A stretch of 32,000 bases of DNA from Pseudodesulfovibrio mercurii (GCF_000189295.2 NC_016803.1:630001-662000), one strand, 5' to 3'. Counted from the first letter of the stretch, positions 16,960 to 25,954 are shown. Made by a program: numbers and translations. Notes: generated by a model from the sequence alone, not told the origin.

Positions 16960-17877
16960 CTACCCCTCCGGCTCGATGTTGGTGCCGAGCGCGGCGGGCG
17001 CGTCGATGCGGCGGCCCCGCCAGGCCGACAGGATCAGGACCAGGATGGTCAGCAGGTAGGGCAGCATGAGCAGCAGGGAGGACGGCAGGTGCGTGCCCGC
17101 GGCCTGGAGCCGGAGCTGGAAGGCCATGACCCCGCCGAAGAGGTACGCGCCGACCACGGCCCGGCCCGGACGCCAGAAGGCGAAGATGACCAGAGCCACG
17201 GCGATCCAGCCGCGACCGCCGGACAGCCCGTTGGTCCACAGGTGGGTGTAGGCGAGCGACAGGTACGCCCCGCCGAGCCCCACCAGGAAGCCGCCCGCGA
17301 TGACAGCAAAGTAGCGCAGCCGGATGGGCTTGAGGCCCGCTGCGGCGGCCGCTGCGGGCATCTCGCCGGTGGCGGCCACGTGCAGGCCGAGGCTGGTCCG
17401 CCGGAAGAAGAACCAGAAGACGACCGGGATGATGAAGGACACGTAGACGAGCATGTCGTGCCGGAAGAAGATGTCGCCGAGCACCGGAATCCGCGCAAGC
17501 AGCGGGAAATCGAAGGGATCGAAGCCGGGCGCGGCCAGGCCCACGTAGGGCACGCCGAGGAAATGGGTCAGGCCGCCGCCCAGGATGGTCAGGGCCAGGC
17601 CGGAGACCACCTGGTTGCCCAGGCAGGTGACGCAGACAAAGGCGTGCAGCGAGGCCATGAGCATGCCCGCGCAACCGCCCGCCAGGAAGCCGAGCCAGGG
17701 GGAGCCGGTGACGTAGCTGGCCCAGAAGGCGGCCAGGGCCGAGATGGCCATCATGCCCTCCACGCCGAGGTTCAGCACCCCGCCCTTCTCGGTCATCATC
17801 TCGCCCAGGGTGGCGTACAGGATGGGGGTGCCGGACTGCACGGTGGCCGCGAACAGCGGTATGAGGAAATCCCACAT
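16960..17877 (-). CDS. ABC transporter permease (BMP-type system, second permease)
   Basis: 305 aa and polytopic. The gene is packed tightly between the first permease (4-nt gap) and the ATPase (3-nt gap). Confidence 0.9.
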   Translation of the reverse strand: MWDFLIPLFAATVQSGTPILYATLGEMMTEKGGVLNLGVEGMMAISALAAFWASYVTGSPWLGFLAGGCAGMLMASLHAFVCVTCLGNQVVSGLALTILGGGLTHFLGVPYVGLAAPGFDPFDFPLLARIPVLGDIFFRHDMLVYVSFIIPVVFWFFFRRTSLGLHVAATGEMPAAAAAAGLKPIRLRYFAVIAGGFLVGLGGAYLSLAYTHLWTNGLSGGRGWIAVALVIFAFWRPGRAVVGAYLFGGVMAFQLRLQAAGTHLPSSLLLMLPYLLTILVLILSAWRGRRIDAPAALGTNIEPEG

Positions 17878-17881
17878 GGCC

Positions 17882-18943
17882 CTACTCCTGTCCCTGGCTG
17901 CGGACCAGCTTGTAGGTCAGGAAAAACTGTCCGGCCAGCACGGTCAGGAGGATGATGCCCTCCATGATGGTCCCGAAGGCCGCCGGGATCTGCAATTTGA
18001 GCTGCATGTTCTCCACCCCGACCCGCAGCGCGGCCAGGAGGAAGGAGGCGAAGGCGATGTTCAGGGGCTCGAGCCGGGCCAGCCAGGCGACCACGATGGC
18101 GGTGTAGCCGTAGCCGACCATGAGCGAGGGCTGGAGCCGGTTGAGGATGGCCGAGGTCTCCACGCAGCCCGCCCAGCCCGCGAAACCGCCGGACAGGCCC
18201 ATGACCAGCAGGACGAGCATGCCGTAGCGGATCTTGGCGTAGCGGGCCACGCGCGCGCCCTCGCCGCTGGCCTTGAGCTCGAAGCCCAGCCGGGTGAAGC
18301 GCATGAAACCCCACAGCCCCACGCCCACGACCACGCAGAAGAGCAGGCCCCAGTGCACGCGGCTGCCCCCGATGGTCGGGATGATCGCACCCTCGGTGAA
18401 TTCGGGGGTCATGGGAAAACCGAAGCTGGCCGGGTCCTTCCAGACCCCGAAGACCAGGTAGTCCAGGAGCAGGATGGCGATGTAGTTGAGCATCAGGGTG
18501 GAGATGATCTCGTTGACCCGCAGCTTCAGCCTGAGCACGGCCGGGATGAGCGCCCAGGCCCCGCCCAGGATGAAGGCCATGACGAACATGAGCGGCAGGA
18601 GGACGAACCGGGGCAGGTTCGGGAAGGCCAGGGCCATCCAGGTGGCCCCGATGGCCCCCAGGGCGAACTGCCCCTCGGCCCCGATGTTCCATATCTGCAT
18701 GCGGAAGGCCACGGCCACGCCGAGCGAACAGAGGAACAGGGGAATGGCCTTGAGGAGCACGTCCTCGAGCGACCAGACGTTGCCGAAACTCCCCTGCCAG
18801 AGCACGGTCAGCCCGTAGAGGGCGTCCTTGCCCTGCCCTTCGAGGAGCAGGCCGCTGAGCACGAGGGAAAAGAGCAGGGCGCCCAGGAATACGACCAGGG
18901 CGCCCCACTTCCAGGGTTCATCTCTTTTTCGGATCTTCAGCAC
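17882..18943 (-). CDS. ABC transporter permease (BMP-type system, first permease)
   Basis: 353 aa and polytopic. It uses a GTG start 9 nt after the binding-protein stop, and no alternative ATG exists near the N-terminus. Confidence 0.88.
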   Translation of the reverse strand: MLKIRKRDEPWKWGALVVFLGALLFSLVLSGLLLEGQGKDALYGLTVLWQGSFGNVWSLEDVLLKAIPLFLCSLGVAVAFRMQIWNIGAEGQFALGAIGATWMALAFPNLPRFVLLPLMFVMAFILGGAWALIPAVLRLKLRVNEIISTLMLNYIAILLLDYLVFGVWKDPASFGFPMTPEFTEGAIIPTIGGSRVHWGLLFCVVVGVGLWGFMRFTRLGFELKASGEGARVARYAKIRYGMLVLLVMGLSGGFAGWAGCVETSAILNRLQPSLMVGYGYTAIVVAWLARLEPLNIAFASFLLAALRVGVENMQLKLQIPAAFGTIMEGIILLTVLAGQFFLTYKLVRSQGQE

Positions 18944-18952
18944 GTGACCGAC

Positions 18953-20098
18953 TTAGTTGGTGGTGCCGACCACGCCTTCCACGAACCAGTCCATGCCGAG
19001 CAGCGCGCCGTCGTCCGGGGTCGAGCCCTCGGCGATGGCCACCTCACCGGCCTGGTTCTTGATCGGACCGGCGAAGACCGTGTCCTTGCCGGCCATGAGC
19101 TCGGCCTTCTTGGCGTTGACCAGGGACTTGACGTCGTCCGGGACCATGGCGCCCATGGGGGCGATGTCGACCACGCCGTCCTGCATGGACCACCAGGTGG
19201 ACTGGTCACCCTGCCAGGAGCCGTCGCGGACCGCTTCCACGGTCTTCACGTACATGGGGCCCCAGTTCCAGATGGCCGAGGTCAGGTTGGCCTTGGGCGC
19301 GAAGGAGGACATGTCGGAGTTGTAGCCGATGCAGTAGGCGCCCGCTTCCTGGGCGGCTTCCTGGGCGGCCGGGGAGTCCTGGTGCTGGGTGATGACGTCG
19401 CAACCGGCGTCCAGCAGGGACTTGGCGGCGTCCTTTTCCAGGGCCGGGTCATACCAGGTCTTGGTCCAGACCACGTGCACCTTGACGTCCGGGTTCACCT
19501 GGCGCGCGCCGATGGTGAAGGCGTTGATGCCGCGAATGACCTCGGGGATGGGGAATGCGGCCACGTAACCGAGCTTGTTGGACTTGGTCATGGAACCGGC
19601 GATCAGCCCGGTCAGGTAGCGGGCCTGGTAGATGCGGCCGAAGTAGTTGCTGACGTTGGCTCCCTTCTTGAAGCCGGAGCAGTGCATGAACTTGGTGTCG
19701 GGAAATTCCTTGGCGACCTTCATGACCGGGTCCATGTAGCCGAAGCTGGTGGCGAAGATGATGTCCATCCCCTCGCGGGCCATGTTGCGCAGCACGCGCT
19801 CGGAATCCGCGCCCTCGGGCACCGACTCGGCGAATTTGGTGGTGGCCCAGGGCAGGGCGTCCACGGCCTGGCGGCCGAGATCGTGGGCGTAGGAGTACCC
19901 GGCGTCGCCCACCGGGGACACGTAGATGAACCCGGCCTTGACCATCTTGGGCTCTTCCTTGGGCGCGGGGGCCTGGGCCTCTTCGGTCTTGGCGGGTTCT
20001 TCGGCTTTCTTCTCCTGCGGGGCTTCACCGCAGGCGAAAAGGGACAGCGACAGCAGCAGGGCCGCCGGCAGACCAATCAATTTGAGCAGTTTCTTCAT
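18953..20098 (-). CDS. BMP-family (PnrA/Med-like) lipoprotein; purine or nucleoside ABC substrate-binding protein
   Basis: Lipobox LFAC, a Pro/Glu/Ala/Lys-rich linker, then GFIYVSPVGDAGYSYAH...GYVAAFPIPEVIRGINAF, which is characteristic of the BMP family. Confidence 0.92.
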   Translation of the reverse strand: MKKLLKLIGLPAALLLSLSLFACGEAPQEKKAEEPAKTEEAQAPAPKEEPKMVKAGFIYVSPVGDAGYSYAHDLGRQAVDALPWATTKFAESVPEGADSERVLRNMAREGMDIIFATSFGYMDPVMKVAKEFPDTKFMHCSGFKKGANVSNYFGRIYQARYLTGLIAGSMTKSNKLGYVAAFPIPEVIRGINAFTIGARQVNPDVKVHVVWTKTWYDPALEKDAAKSLLDAGCDVITQHQDSPAAQEAAQEAGAYCIGYNSDMSSFAPKANLTSAIWNWGPMYVKTVEAVRDGSWQGDQSTWWSMQDGVVDIAPMGAMVPDDVKSLVNAKKAELMAGKDTVFAGPIKNQAGEVAIAEGSTPDDGALLGMDWFVEGVVGTTN

Positions 20099-20229
20099 GA
20101 GGACCTCTCCGTTAGCGGTTGCATATCAAAAACGCATATCTCAGCAGCAGGTATCGGGCAAGACCCAATTTGTTCGGGCCATGACGATTCCCTTGTTTTT
20201 CAAGAAGAAATTTTTCCGGCAGCGGCCTG

Positions 20230-20712
20230 CTACTCCGAGGCCTGGGCGATGGGCTCCACGAACTGCGAACCGGCGTCCCAGGGGAACAGAATCCAGGTGT
20301 CCTGGCTGACCTCGGTGATGAAGGTGTCCACCGTGGGGCGGCCCGCGGGCTTGGCGTAGACCGTGGCGAAGTGCGCCCTGGGGACCATGTCGCGGGCGAT
20401 CTTGGCGGTCTTGCCCGTGTCCACCAGGTCGTCGATGAGCAGCCAGCCCTCGCCGTCGTTGTCCACTTCCTTGAGTATGGTGGCCTCGCCCTGGTTCTTC
20501 CAGTCGTAGGAGGACAGGCAGATGGTGTCGATGAGGTGGATGTCCAGCTCACGGGCGATGATGGCCGCCGGGACCAGACCGCCACGGGTGATGGCCAGGA
20601 TGCCCTTCCACGGTCCCTTGTCCACCAGCCGCCAGGACAGGGCCCGGCAGTCGCGGTGCAACTGCTCCCAGGAAACCGGAAACATCTTCTGGTATCGGCT
20701 CTTGTCAACCAT
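20230..20712 (-). CDS. gpt: Xanthine-guanine phosphoribosyltransferase
   Basis: [23 protein letters not shown]...[14 protein letters not shown]...[13 protein letters not shown]...WILFPWD closely follows Gpt. AAGGAG lies upstream. Confidence 0.93.
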   Translation of the reverse strand: MVDKSRYQKMFPVSWEQLHRDCRALSWRLVDKGPWKGILAITRGGLVPAAIIARELDIHLIDTICLSSYDWKNQGEATILKEVDNDGEGWLLIDDLVDTGKTAKIARDMVPRAHFATVYAKPAGRPTVDTFITEVSQDTWILFPWDAGSQFVEPIAQASE

Positions 20713-20834
20713 GGTTACACTCCTTGAACGGTGTCGGAACGTCGGGCTTCGTACCCGTGTCCGGGCAATTAATCAAGGGGTCTCGGCCGCGTTCGTGCAC
20801 GACGTGGAGACGGTCTCGGTTTCCGGCCTCGGGA

Positions 20835-21797
20835 TCACCCTCTTCCGCCGCGCCCGGCCAGCATCTGTGCGCCGAAGAAGGCCGCGCCGAACAGGCCGCT
20901 CGCCTGGTTGGCGTTGAGCCGGACCGGGATGGTGCCCAGGAACTCCTGGTACACGTGGGAATTGTGAAATTCCTCCAGAAAATCGGGAACCTGCACGAAC
21001 ATGGGGTTCTTGGCCGCCACCCCGCCCGCGATGAACATGCCGCCGGTGGTCATCAGCCCGATGGCCCAGTTGCGGCACGCCCTGGCGTAGAACCGGGCGT
21101 ACCACCGGGTGGTCTCGCTTTGCGGGGTGATCCGGGCCGAGATTTCCTTGGGCGTCAGGTCCTCGCCGGTCAGGAAGCGGTGCACGAGTTGAAGCCCCAG
21201 GCCGGTGACCACGGAGTCCCCCTCGGGCCAGTTGCGCCCGCTTTCGATGCGGTTGAACTCCGCGTACTCGGCCTCGTCCCGGCCGATGAAGGGGAAGGCC
21301 ATGTGTCCGCCCTCTGACGGCAGGGCCGTCCAGGTGTCGCCGGTCCTGAGCAGCGCGGAATAGCCGAGCCCGGTCCCGGCCCCGATGATCCCGATGGTCT
21401 CTCCGTCCACGGGCTCCCCGGCCTGGATGACCAGGGCGTCGGCCACGGCCGAGGTGCGGCAGGCATAGGCCTGGGCCGAAAAATCGTTGATCAGGCGCAC
21501 TGCGGGCGTGCCGAAGTCCACCTCGCGCAGGTCGATGCCCCACGGCGCGTTGGGCAGGTCCGGGCAGGTCAGGCCGTGGTACACGGCCCCGGCCGGGGCC
21601 AGGACCGCCGCCTCGAAGCCGCCCGGCCGGACCGGGAACTCGCTGTCCCAGAGCTGTTCCAGGAGCTCCGGAAAGGTCCGCGCCCCGTGGGTGTCGAGCC
21701 AGATGGAATCCAGCATCTCGAGGTCGTTGCCCCGCGCCTCGAACAAGGCGAAACGACTGTGGGTGCCGCCGATGTCGGCGGCCAGAATCTTGGCCAT
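20835..21797 (-). CDS. glk: Glucokinase (ROK-unrelated Glk family)
   Basis: Internal ATG with GGAGGAGAGG upstream. MAKILAADIGGTHSRFALF and GAGTGLG motifs, plus a C-terminal IAGGVAAKN. Confidence 0.88.
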   Translation of the reverse strand: MAKILAADIGGTHSRFALFEARGNDLEMLDSIWLDTHGARTFPELLEQLWDSEFPVRPGGFEAAVLAPAGAVYHGLTCPDLPNAPWGIDLREVDFGTPAVRLINDFSAQAYACRTSAVADALVIQAGEPVDGETIGIIGAGTGLGYSALLRTGDTWTALPSEGGHMAFPFIGRDEAEYAEFNRIESGRNWPEGDSVVTGLGLQLVHRFLTGEDLTPKEISARITPQSETTRWYARFYARACRNWAIGLMTTGGMFIAGGVAAKNPMFVQVPDFLEEFHNSHVYQEFLGTIPVRLNANQASGLFGAAFFGAQMLAGRGGRG

Positions 21798-21840
21798 GCG
21801 CCCCTCTCCTCCGTGAAACGCACCGTAGCACAATCGGGCG

Positions 21841-21870
21841 AAAAAAAAAGGAGCCCGAAGGCCCCTTTTT
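21841..21870 (-). terminator. Rho-independent terminator after motA
   Basis: On the minus strand, GGGGCC (ttcg) GGCTCC forms a 6-bp stem with one G-U pair, followed by nine T residues. It lies 36 nt after the motA-like stop. Confidence 0.7.
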
Positions 21871-21905
21871 CAGCTGATTCACCCGGTTCGACCCGACGCT
21901 CGGCG

Positions 21906-22799
21906 TCAGGCCGCCTCGGTGGCCTTGTCCATGGCAGTTTGAGCCGCCTCCGCGCCCTCCGTGCCGTCCGCCATGTCGGCCAGTTCCACGGGGCCGCGCT
22001 TGCGCTGCACGTACTTGCGGGTGATGCGCCGCAGGGTTTCGGTCTTGCCCTCACGCTCGGACGGAGACAGAAACGAGGCCAGCTTGCGCTCGAGCTTGTA
22101 GGAGTTCTGCTCCTTGCTGATGGCCACGATGCCCTCCATGACCAGCTTCTGGTTGAGCAGCTCGGCCCTCGTTGAATAATTGATGTTTTCGGCAATGGGC
22201 GAGAACACCAGGTGGGACAGGATCAGCCCGTACAGGGTGGAGATGAAAGCCACCGGGATGTTTTTGAGGATCACGGCCGTGTCGTTGATGCCCATGAGCA
22301 GGCCGATGAGCCCGATGACCGATCCGGCCACGCCGAAGGCCGGGGCCGTGCGGGCCAGGGTCTGGAAGAACCGCTCGCTCTGCTGGCGGCGCAGGTTGAA
22401 GAAGGCCATCTCCGCGTTCAGGCACTCGCGGATCTCCTCCTCCTTGTAGTTGTCCACCAGCAGGCACAGCCCGCTCTTCATGAAGGAGCTGGTGGCCTTG
22501 TTGGCCGAGCGCTCCAGGGAGAGCACGCCGTCCACCTTGGACTTGACCGACAGGTCGAGGAGCGTGTTGACGATCTCCTCGGCCGTGGTCCGGCCGTTGG
22601 AATAGACGTTCTTGGCCACCTGGAAGGCGTTGACCACGTGTTTGACCGGGTAGCTGATGAGCATGGCCGCGCTCAGGCCGGAGATGACCACCAGGAAGGC
22701 CGCCAGGTTGAAATACGCCCCGGCCGCTCCGGTGAGCAGGAAACTGCCCGCGAAGATGATCAGGCTCAAGACGATGCCGATGAGATTCTTTCTGCCCAT
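21906..22799 (-). CDS. motA: MotA/PomA-family stator protein (MotA/TolQ/ExbB proton-channel family)
   Basis: Four hydrophobic segments, a central cytoplasmic loop, and APAFGVAGSVIGLIGLL ... AFISTLYGLILSHLVFSPIAENI, which is typical of MotA/PomA. GGAGG lies upstream. Confidence 0.85.
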   Translation of the reverse strand: MGRKNLIGIVLSLIIFAGSFLLTGAAGAYFNLAAFLVVISGLSAAMLISYPVKHVVNAFQVAKNVYSNGRTTAEEIVNTLLDLSVKSKVDGVLSLERSANKATSSFMKSGLCLLVDNYKEEEIRECLNAEMAFFNLRRQQSERFFQTLARTAPAFGVAGSVIGLIGLLMGINDTAVILKNIPVAFISTLYGLILSHLVFSPIAENINYSTRAELLNQKLVMEGIVAISKEQNSYKLERKLASFLSPSEREGKTETLRRITRKYVQRKRGPVELADMADGTEGAEAAQTAMDKATEAA

Positions 22800-22815
22800 G
22801 CATGCCTCCGCTGGG

Positions 22816-23538
22816 TCAGCTGTTGTTGGCGATGACGATTTCGACCCGCCGGTTCAGGGTCTGGTTGGCCGCCGAGGTGTCGGGCAACTCGGGCTGGTAC
22901 GCCCCCCTGCCGGTGATGACCAGCCGCTTGGGCTCGATGCCGAGCCGGGTGATGAGCTGGTCGGCCACGCTCGCCGCCCGCTCCGAGGACAGGGTGAAGC
23001 TGCTGGATCCCTCGGCCTCGCTCTGGTCCGCGAACCCGATGACGTGGACCAGCCCCACGCTGAGGCGGACCACGTCCCCGATCTCGTCCAGGTACGCGGC
23101 GGACTCGGGCTTGAGCCGCCCGGAGTTGCCGTCGAAGAAGAGGTCGCCGCGCAGGGTCACGCGCACCCTGCCCGGGGCCTCGCGGACCACGGTGATGCCG
23201 TTGGTCCGGGAGCGGTACAGGACCTCCTTCTCGGCCATGCGGACCACGTCCCGCGACCCGCCGGTGTCGGCCCGGCTGGCGATCTGGCCGATGAGCCCCA
23301 TGAGCGGGTCCAGGGCGCCGGCCGCCTGGGCCTTCTCGGCCGACTGGCGGCTGAACAGGATCTTCACGTCCTGCTTGGTGCTCGTGTAGATGAACAGCAC
23401 CACGAAGAGCACGAACATGACCATCATCAGGTCGGACCAGGGCACGGCCCAGTCGTTGGCCCCCCGGTTCGGGTCCGGCCCTTCCATCTGGTGAAACGAG
23501 GTGAATCCCAGTCCGCTGTTCGTATCCATGTCCTGCAT
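22816..23538 (-). CDS. motB: MotB/OmpA-family stator protein
   Basis: Internal ATG with AGGAG upstream. The N-terminal WAVPWSDLMMVMFVLFVVLF segment carries the conserved channel Asp. The C-terminal OmpA-like domain ends in NRRVEIVI. Confidence 0.85.
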   Translation of the reverse strand: MQDMDTNSGLGFTSFHQMEGPDPNRGANDWAVPWSDLMMVMFVLFVVLFIYTSTKQDVKILFSRQSAEKAQAAGALDPLMGLIGQIASRADTGGSRDVVRMAEKEVLYRSRTNGITVVREAPGRVRVTLRGDLFFDGNSGRLKPESAAYLDEIGDVVRLSVGLVHVIGFADQSEAEGSSSFTLSSERAASVADQLITRLGIEPKRLVITGRGAYQPELPDTSAANQTLNRRVEIVIANNS

Positions 23539-23588
23539 CGTCGCTCCTGCGTTCACGCGCGCGGTCTTCGCCCACGCGCGCGATATGA

Positions 23589-23604
23589 AGCAAAAAACCT
23601 GCCA
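23589..23604 (-). promoter_or_regulatory. Sigma54 (-24/-12) promoter candidate upstream of motB
   Basis: The minus strand reads TGGCAGGTTTTTTGCT against the consensus TGGCACG-N4-TTGCW. GG-to-GC spacing is exact and there is a single mismatch. It lies about 50 nt upstream of the motB ATG. Confidence 0.55.
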
Positions 23605-23740
23605 GGGTTGTAATCGCCGGGAATGACGAGAAAAGTTACAAACCGTGTCGGTCCATGAACGCTTTTTCGGCGAGGACCAAGGCCCCTCCGTCAAGAGTCC
23701 GTCGTTGACGCGGACCGGGATATGGGGAACATTCCGGGGC

Positions 23741-24352
23741 ATGACGAAACCAGGCCCCTTTCAGAACCGCACCCCCATCGTCCTGGCCTCGGGCTCGCCC
23801 CGTCGGCGCGAACTGCTGTCCGACCTCGGGCTGACCTTCGACGTGCATCCGAGCCCCCTCGACGAGCCCTCGCCCGAGCCGGGCGAGACGCCCGCCGCCT
23901 ACGTCCTGCGCATGGCCGAACTCAAGACCCTGGACGTGGCGACACGTTTCCGGGGCGCCACGGTCATCGGCGCGGACACCGCCGTGGTCCTGGGCGAGCG
24001 GATCATGGGCAAGCCGCGTTCCCGGCTCGACGCCCTGGACATGCTCACCGCCCTGTCCGGCGCGACCCATCAGGTGGTCACCGGCTTCTGTGTGGTTCTG
24101 CCCGACGGCAGGACCCTGTCCGAGGCCGTGAGCACGGACGTGGACATGCGCACCTCCACCGAGGGCGAGCTGATGAGCTACATCGAGACCGGCGAGCCCA
24201 TGGACAAGGCCGGGGCCTACGCCATCCAGGGCGTGGGCACCTTCCTGGTCACGGCCATACGCGGTTCCTACACCAACGTGGTCGGCCTGCCCGTGGCCCG
24301 CGTCCTGGAGGTGCTCCTCGCCTCCGGCATCATCACTCCCGGACGCGGCTGA
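23741..24352 (+). CDS. maf: Maf-like nucleoside triphosphate pyrophosphatase
   Basis: Internal ATG. IVLASGSPRRRELL, VIGADTAV, AGAYAIQG and NVVGLP are Maf-family motifs. Confidence 0.9.
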   Translation: MTKPGPFQNRTPIVLASGSPRRRELLSDLGLTFDVHPSPLDEPSPEPGETPAAYVLRMAELKTLDVATRFRGATVIGADTAVVLGERIMGKPRSRLDALDMLTALSGATHQVVTGFCVVLPDGRTLSEAVSTDVDMRTSTEGELMSYIETGEPMDKAGAYAIQGVGTFLVTAIRGSYTNVVGLPVARVLEVLLASGIITPGRG

Positions 24353-24369
24353 GCGCCGCCCCGCGAATC

Positions 24370-24810
24370 ATGCAGACGAGGCATCCCATGAACTTGCGAA
24401 CGACGACCGGTTGCGAAGGCATCGACTGGCAGACCGTGGCGGACATCCTCAAACTGGTGGGCATGGCCTCCCATGCGCCCGAGGTGCTCGCCAGGGCGTT
24501 CCGGGCGAGCCACACCACGGTCTTCATCCATGACGGGGACAAGCTGGTCGGCTTCGGCCGGGCCATCTCCGACGGCGCGTACCAGGCCGCGGTCTACGAC
24601 TGCGCGGTCCTCCCGGAATACCAGGGCCACGGCCTCGGGGCCGCGATCATGCGCGCCATCCTGGACGGTGTGGGGGAGTGCAACGTCATCCTCTATGCGG
24701 CCCCCGGCAAGGAGGGCTTCTACCGCAAACAGGGCTTCAGCAACATGAAGACGGGCATGGCGCGGTTCGTCCGGCCCGCCGTCATGCGGGAAAAGGGCTT
24801 CACCGACTAG
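24370..24810 (+). CDS. GNAT-family N-acetyltransferase
   Basis: The acetyl-CoA pocket motif VLPEYQGHGLGAAIM and C-terminal FYRKQGF. The start is ATG 24370, or alternatively 24388. Confidence 0.85.
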   Translation: MQTRHPMNLRTTTGCEGIDWQTVADILKLVGMASHAPEVLARAFRASHTTVFIHDGDKLVGFGRAISDGAYQAAVYDCAVLPEYQGHGLGAAIMRAILDGVGECNVILYAAPGKEGFYRKQGFSNMKTGMARFVRPAVMREKGFTD

Positions 24811-24826
24811 GCGGCCGCCCTTCCCG

Positions 24827-25396
24827 CTATTTCCGAATGAACCTGGCGAGATAGGTGAACTCGCCGAGATCGACCGTACCGTCCCGGACGAACCCGTGGG
24901 GGGCGGTCAGCCTGTCCGCGTCCTCCGGGCCGATGCGCTTGTCCGGGCTCGACGGGCCGGGGCCGTGGGCGAATTTCTTGAACTCGATGAGGGCGAAGAC
25001 GCCGCCGGGCACGAGCACGCGGCTCAACTCGCCCATGAGGCCGGGCCGGGCCGCTTCGGGCAGATCGTGCAGGACCGTGGCCATGAACGCGGCGTCCACC
25101 GAGCCGGTCTCCAGGTCCAGGGGCTGGGAGAGGTCGGCCACCTTGGGTTCGATGTTGCCCAGCCCCTCTTCGCGCGCTGTCTCGGCCAGGGCGATGATGC
25201 CGTCCTCCCACAAATCCAGGGCGTAAACCAGGGAGCCCGCGCCCAGCCGCCGGGCCAGGGCCAGGGTGTAGTTCCCCGCGCCGCAGCCGAGGTCGAGGTA
25301 CGTGGCCCGGGGGCCGACCATGATGTTGTCGAGGGCGAGGTCCAGATCAATGTGGCCGATACTGCTCTTGCCTGCGGCCTTGGGCTTGGCGTCCAT
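24827..25396 (-). CDS. Class I SAM-dependent methyltransferase
   Basis: Motif I YLDLGCGAGNYT and a post-I acidic residue (ALDL), followed by VLVPGG. AGGAGAA lies upstream. Confidence 0.85.
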   Translation of the reverse strand: MDAKPKAAGKSSIGHIDLDLALDNIMVGPRATYLDLGCGAGNYTLALARRLGAGSLVYALDLWEDGIIALAETAREEGLGNIEPKVADLSQPLDLETGSVDAAFMATVLHDLPEAARPGLMGELSRVLVPGGVFALIEFKKFAHGPGPSSPDKRIGPEDADRLTAPHGFVRDGTVDLGEFTYLARFIRK

Positions 25397-25465
25397 GGAT
25401 TCTCCTGGTCAGGGGTCTAAGGGAAGCACAGGATACGCGCCGGGCGCGGCCGCGTCAAAAGGACG

Positions 25466-25954
25466 CTACGGGTTGACCCGCTTGCCCATGATGGACAGGC
25501 TGTACTCCCGGCCGTCCATCTCGGCGATGTCCGGGAACCGGCCCCACTCCTCGAAGCCGAATGAGGCGAACAGCCGCATGGACCCCTCGTTGTGGGAAAA
25601 GATGTAGCCGAGCACGGTGTTGATGCCCAGGGCCGGGGTCATGTCCAGTGCCTCCCGGAGCAGCTTGCGCCCCAGCCCCTGCCGCCGGTGCTCCGGGGCG
25701 ATGTAGATGCTGATCTCGGCGGTGTGGTCGTAGGCCGGACGGCCGTAGAACGATTCGAAGCTGACCCAGGCCGCCACCTCGCCGTCGATGCGCTCGACCA
25801 TGATGGGCCGCCGGCCTGGCACGTGGTGCTCGAACCAGGGCCGCCTGGCCTCCACGGAGACCGGCTCGGTGTCGGCGGTGGAGATGCGCGTGGCGACCGT
25901 GGAATTGTATATCTCGACGATCCTGGGAAGATCCTGTTCGGTGGCGGGCTGCAT
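25466..25954 (-). CDS. GNAT acetyltransferase, phosphinothricin/methionine-sulfoximine N-acetyltransferase-like
   Basis: Internal ATG with AAGGAG upstream. IYNSTVATRISTADTEPVSVEARRPWF and HRRQGLGRKLL resemble the PAT/MddA subfamily. Confidence 0.82.
   Translation of the reverse strand: MQPATEQDLPRIVEIYNSTVATRISTADTEPVSVEARRPWFEHHVPGRRPIMVERIDGEVAAWVSFESFYGRPAYDHTAEISIYIAPEHRRQGLGRKLLREALDMTPALGINTVLGYIFSHNEGSMRLFASFGFEEWGRFPDIAEMDGREYSLSIMGKRVNP

Noticed and set aside
15535-20359. Two very long plus-strand ORFs (806 aa and 871 aa) across the ABC operon
   Set aside because: They are antisense to five well-recognised transporter genes, have no domain-like sequence and show an extreme Gly/Arg/Asp/His composition. 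They are a GC artefact.
20713-20834. Purine riboswitch upstream of gpt, and likewise in the spacer 20099-20229
   Set aside because: I could not find the conserved three-way-junction core (the UAUAAU / UUUCUACC / CCGUAAAU-type elements) on the coding strand. A covariance-model scan would be needed for certainty.
21881-21900. tRNA-like GGTTCGA motif
   Set aside because: There are no complementary T-stem arms and no acceptor, anticodon or D-arm context. The motif lies in the 3' flank of motA.
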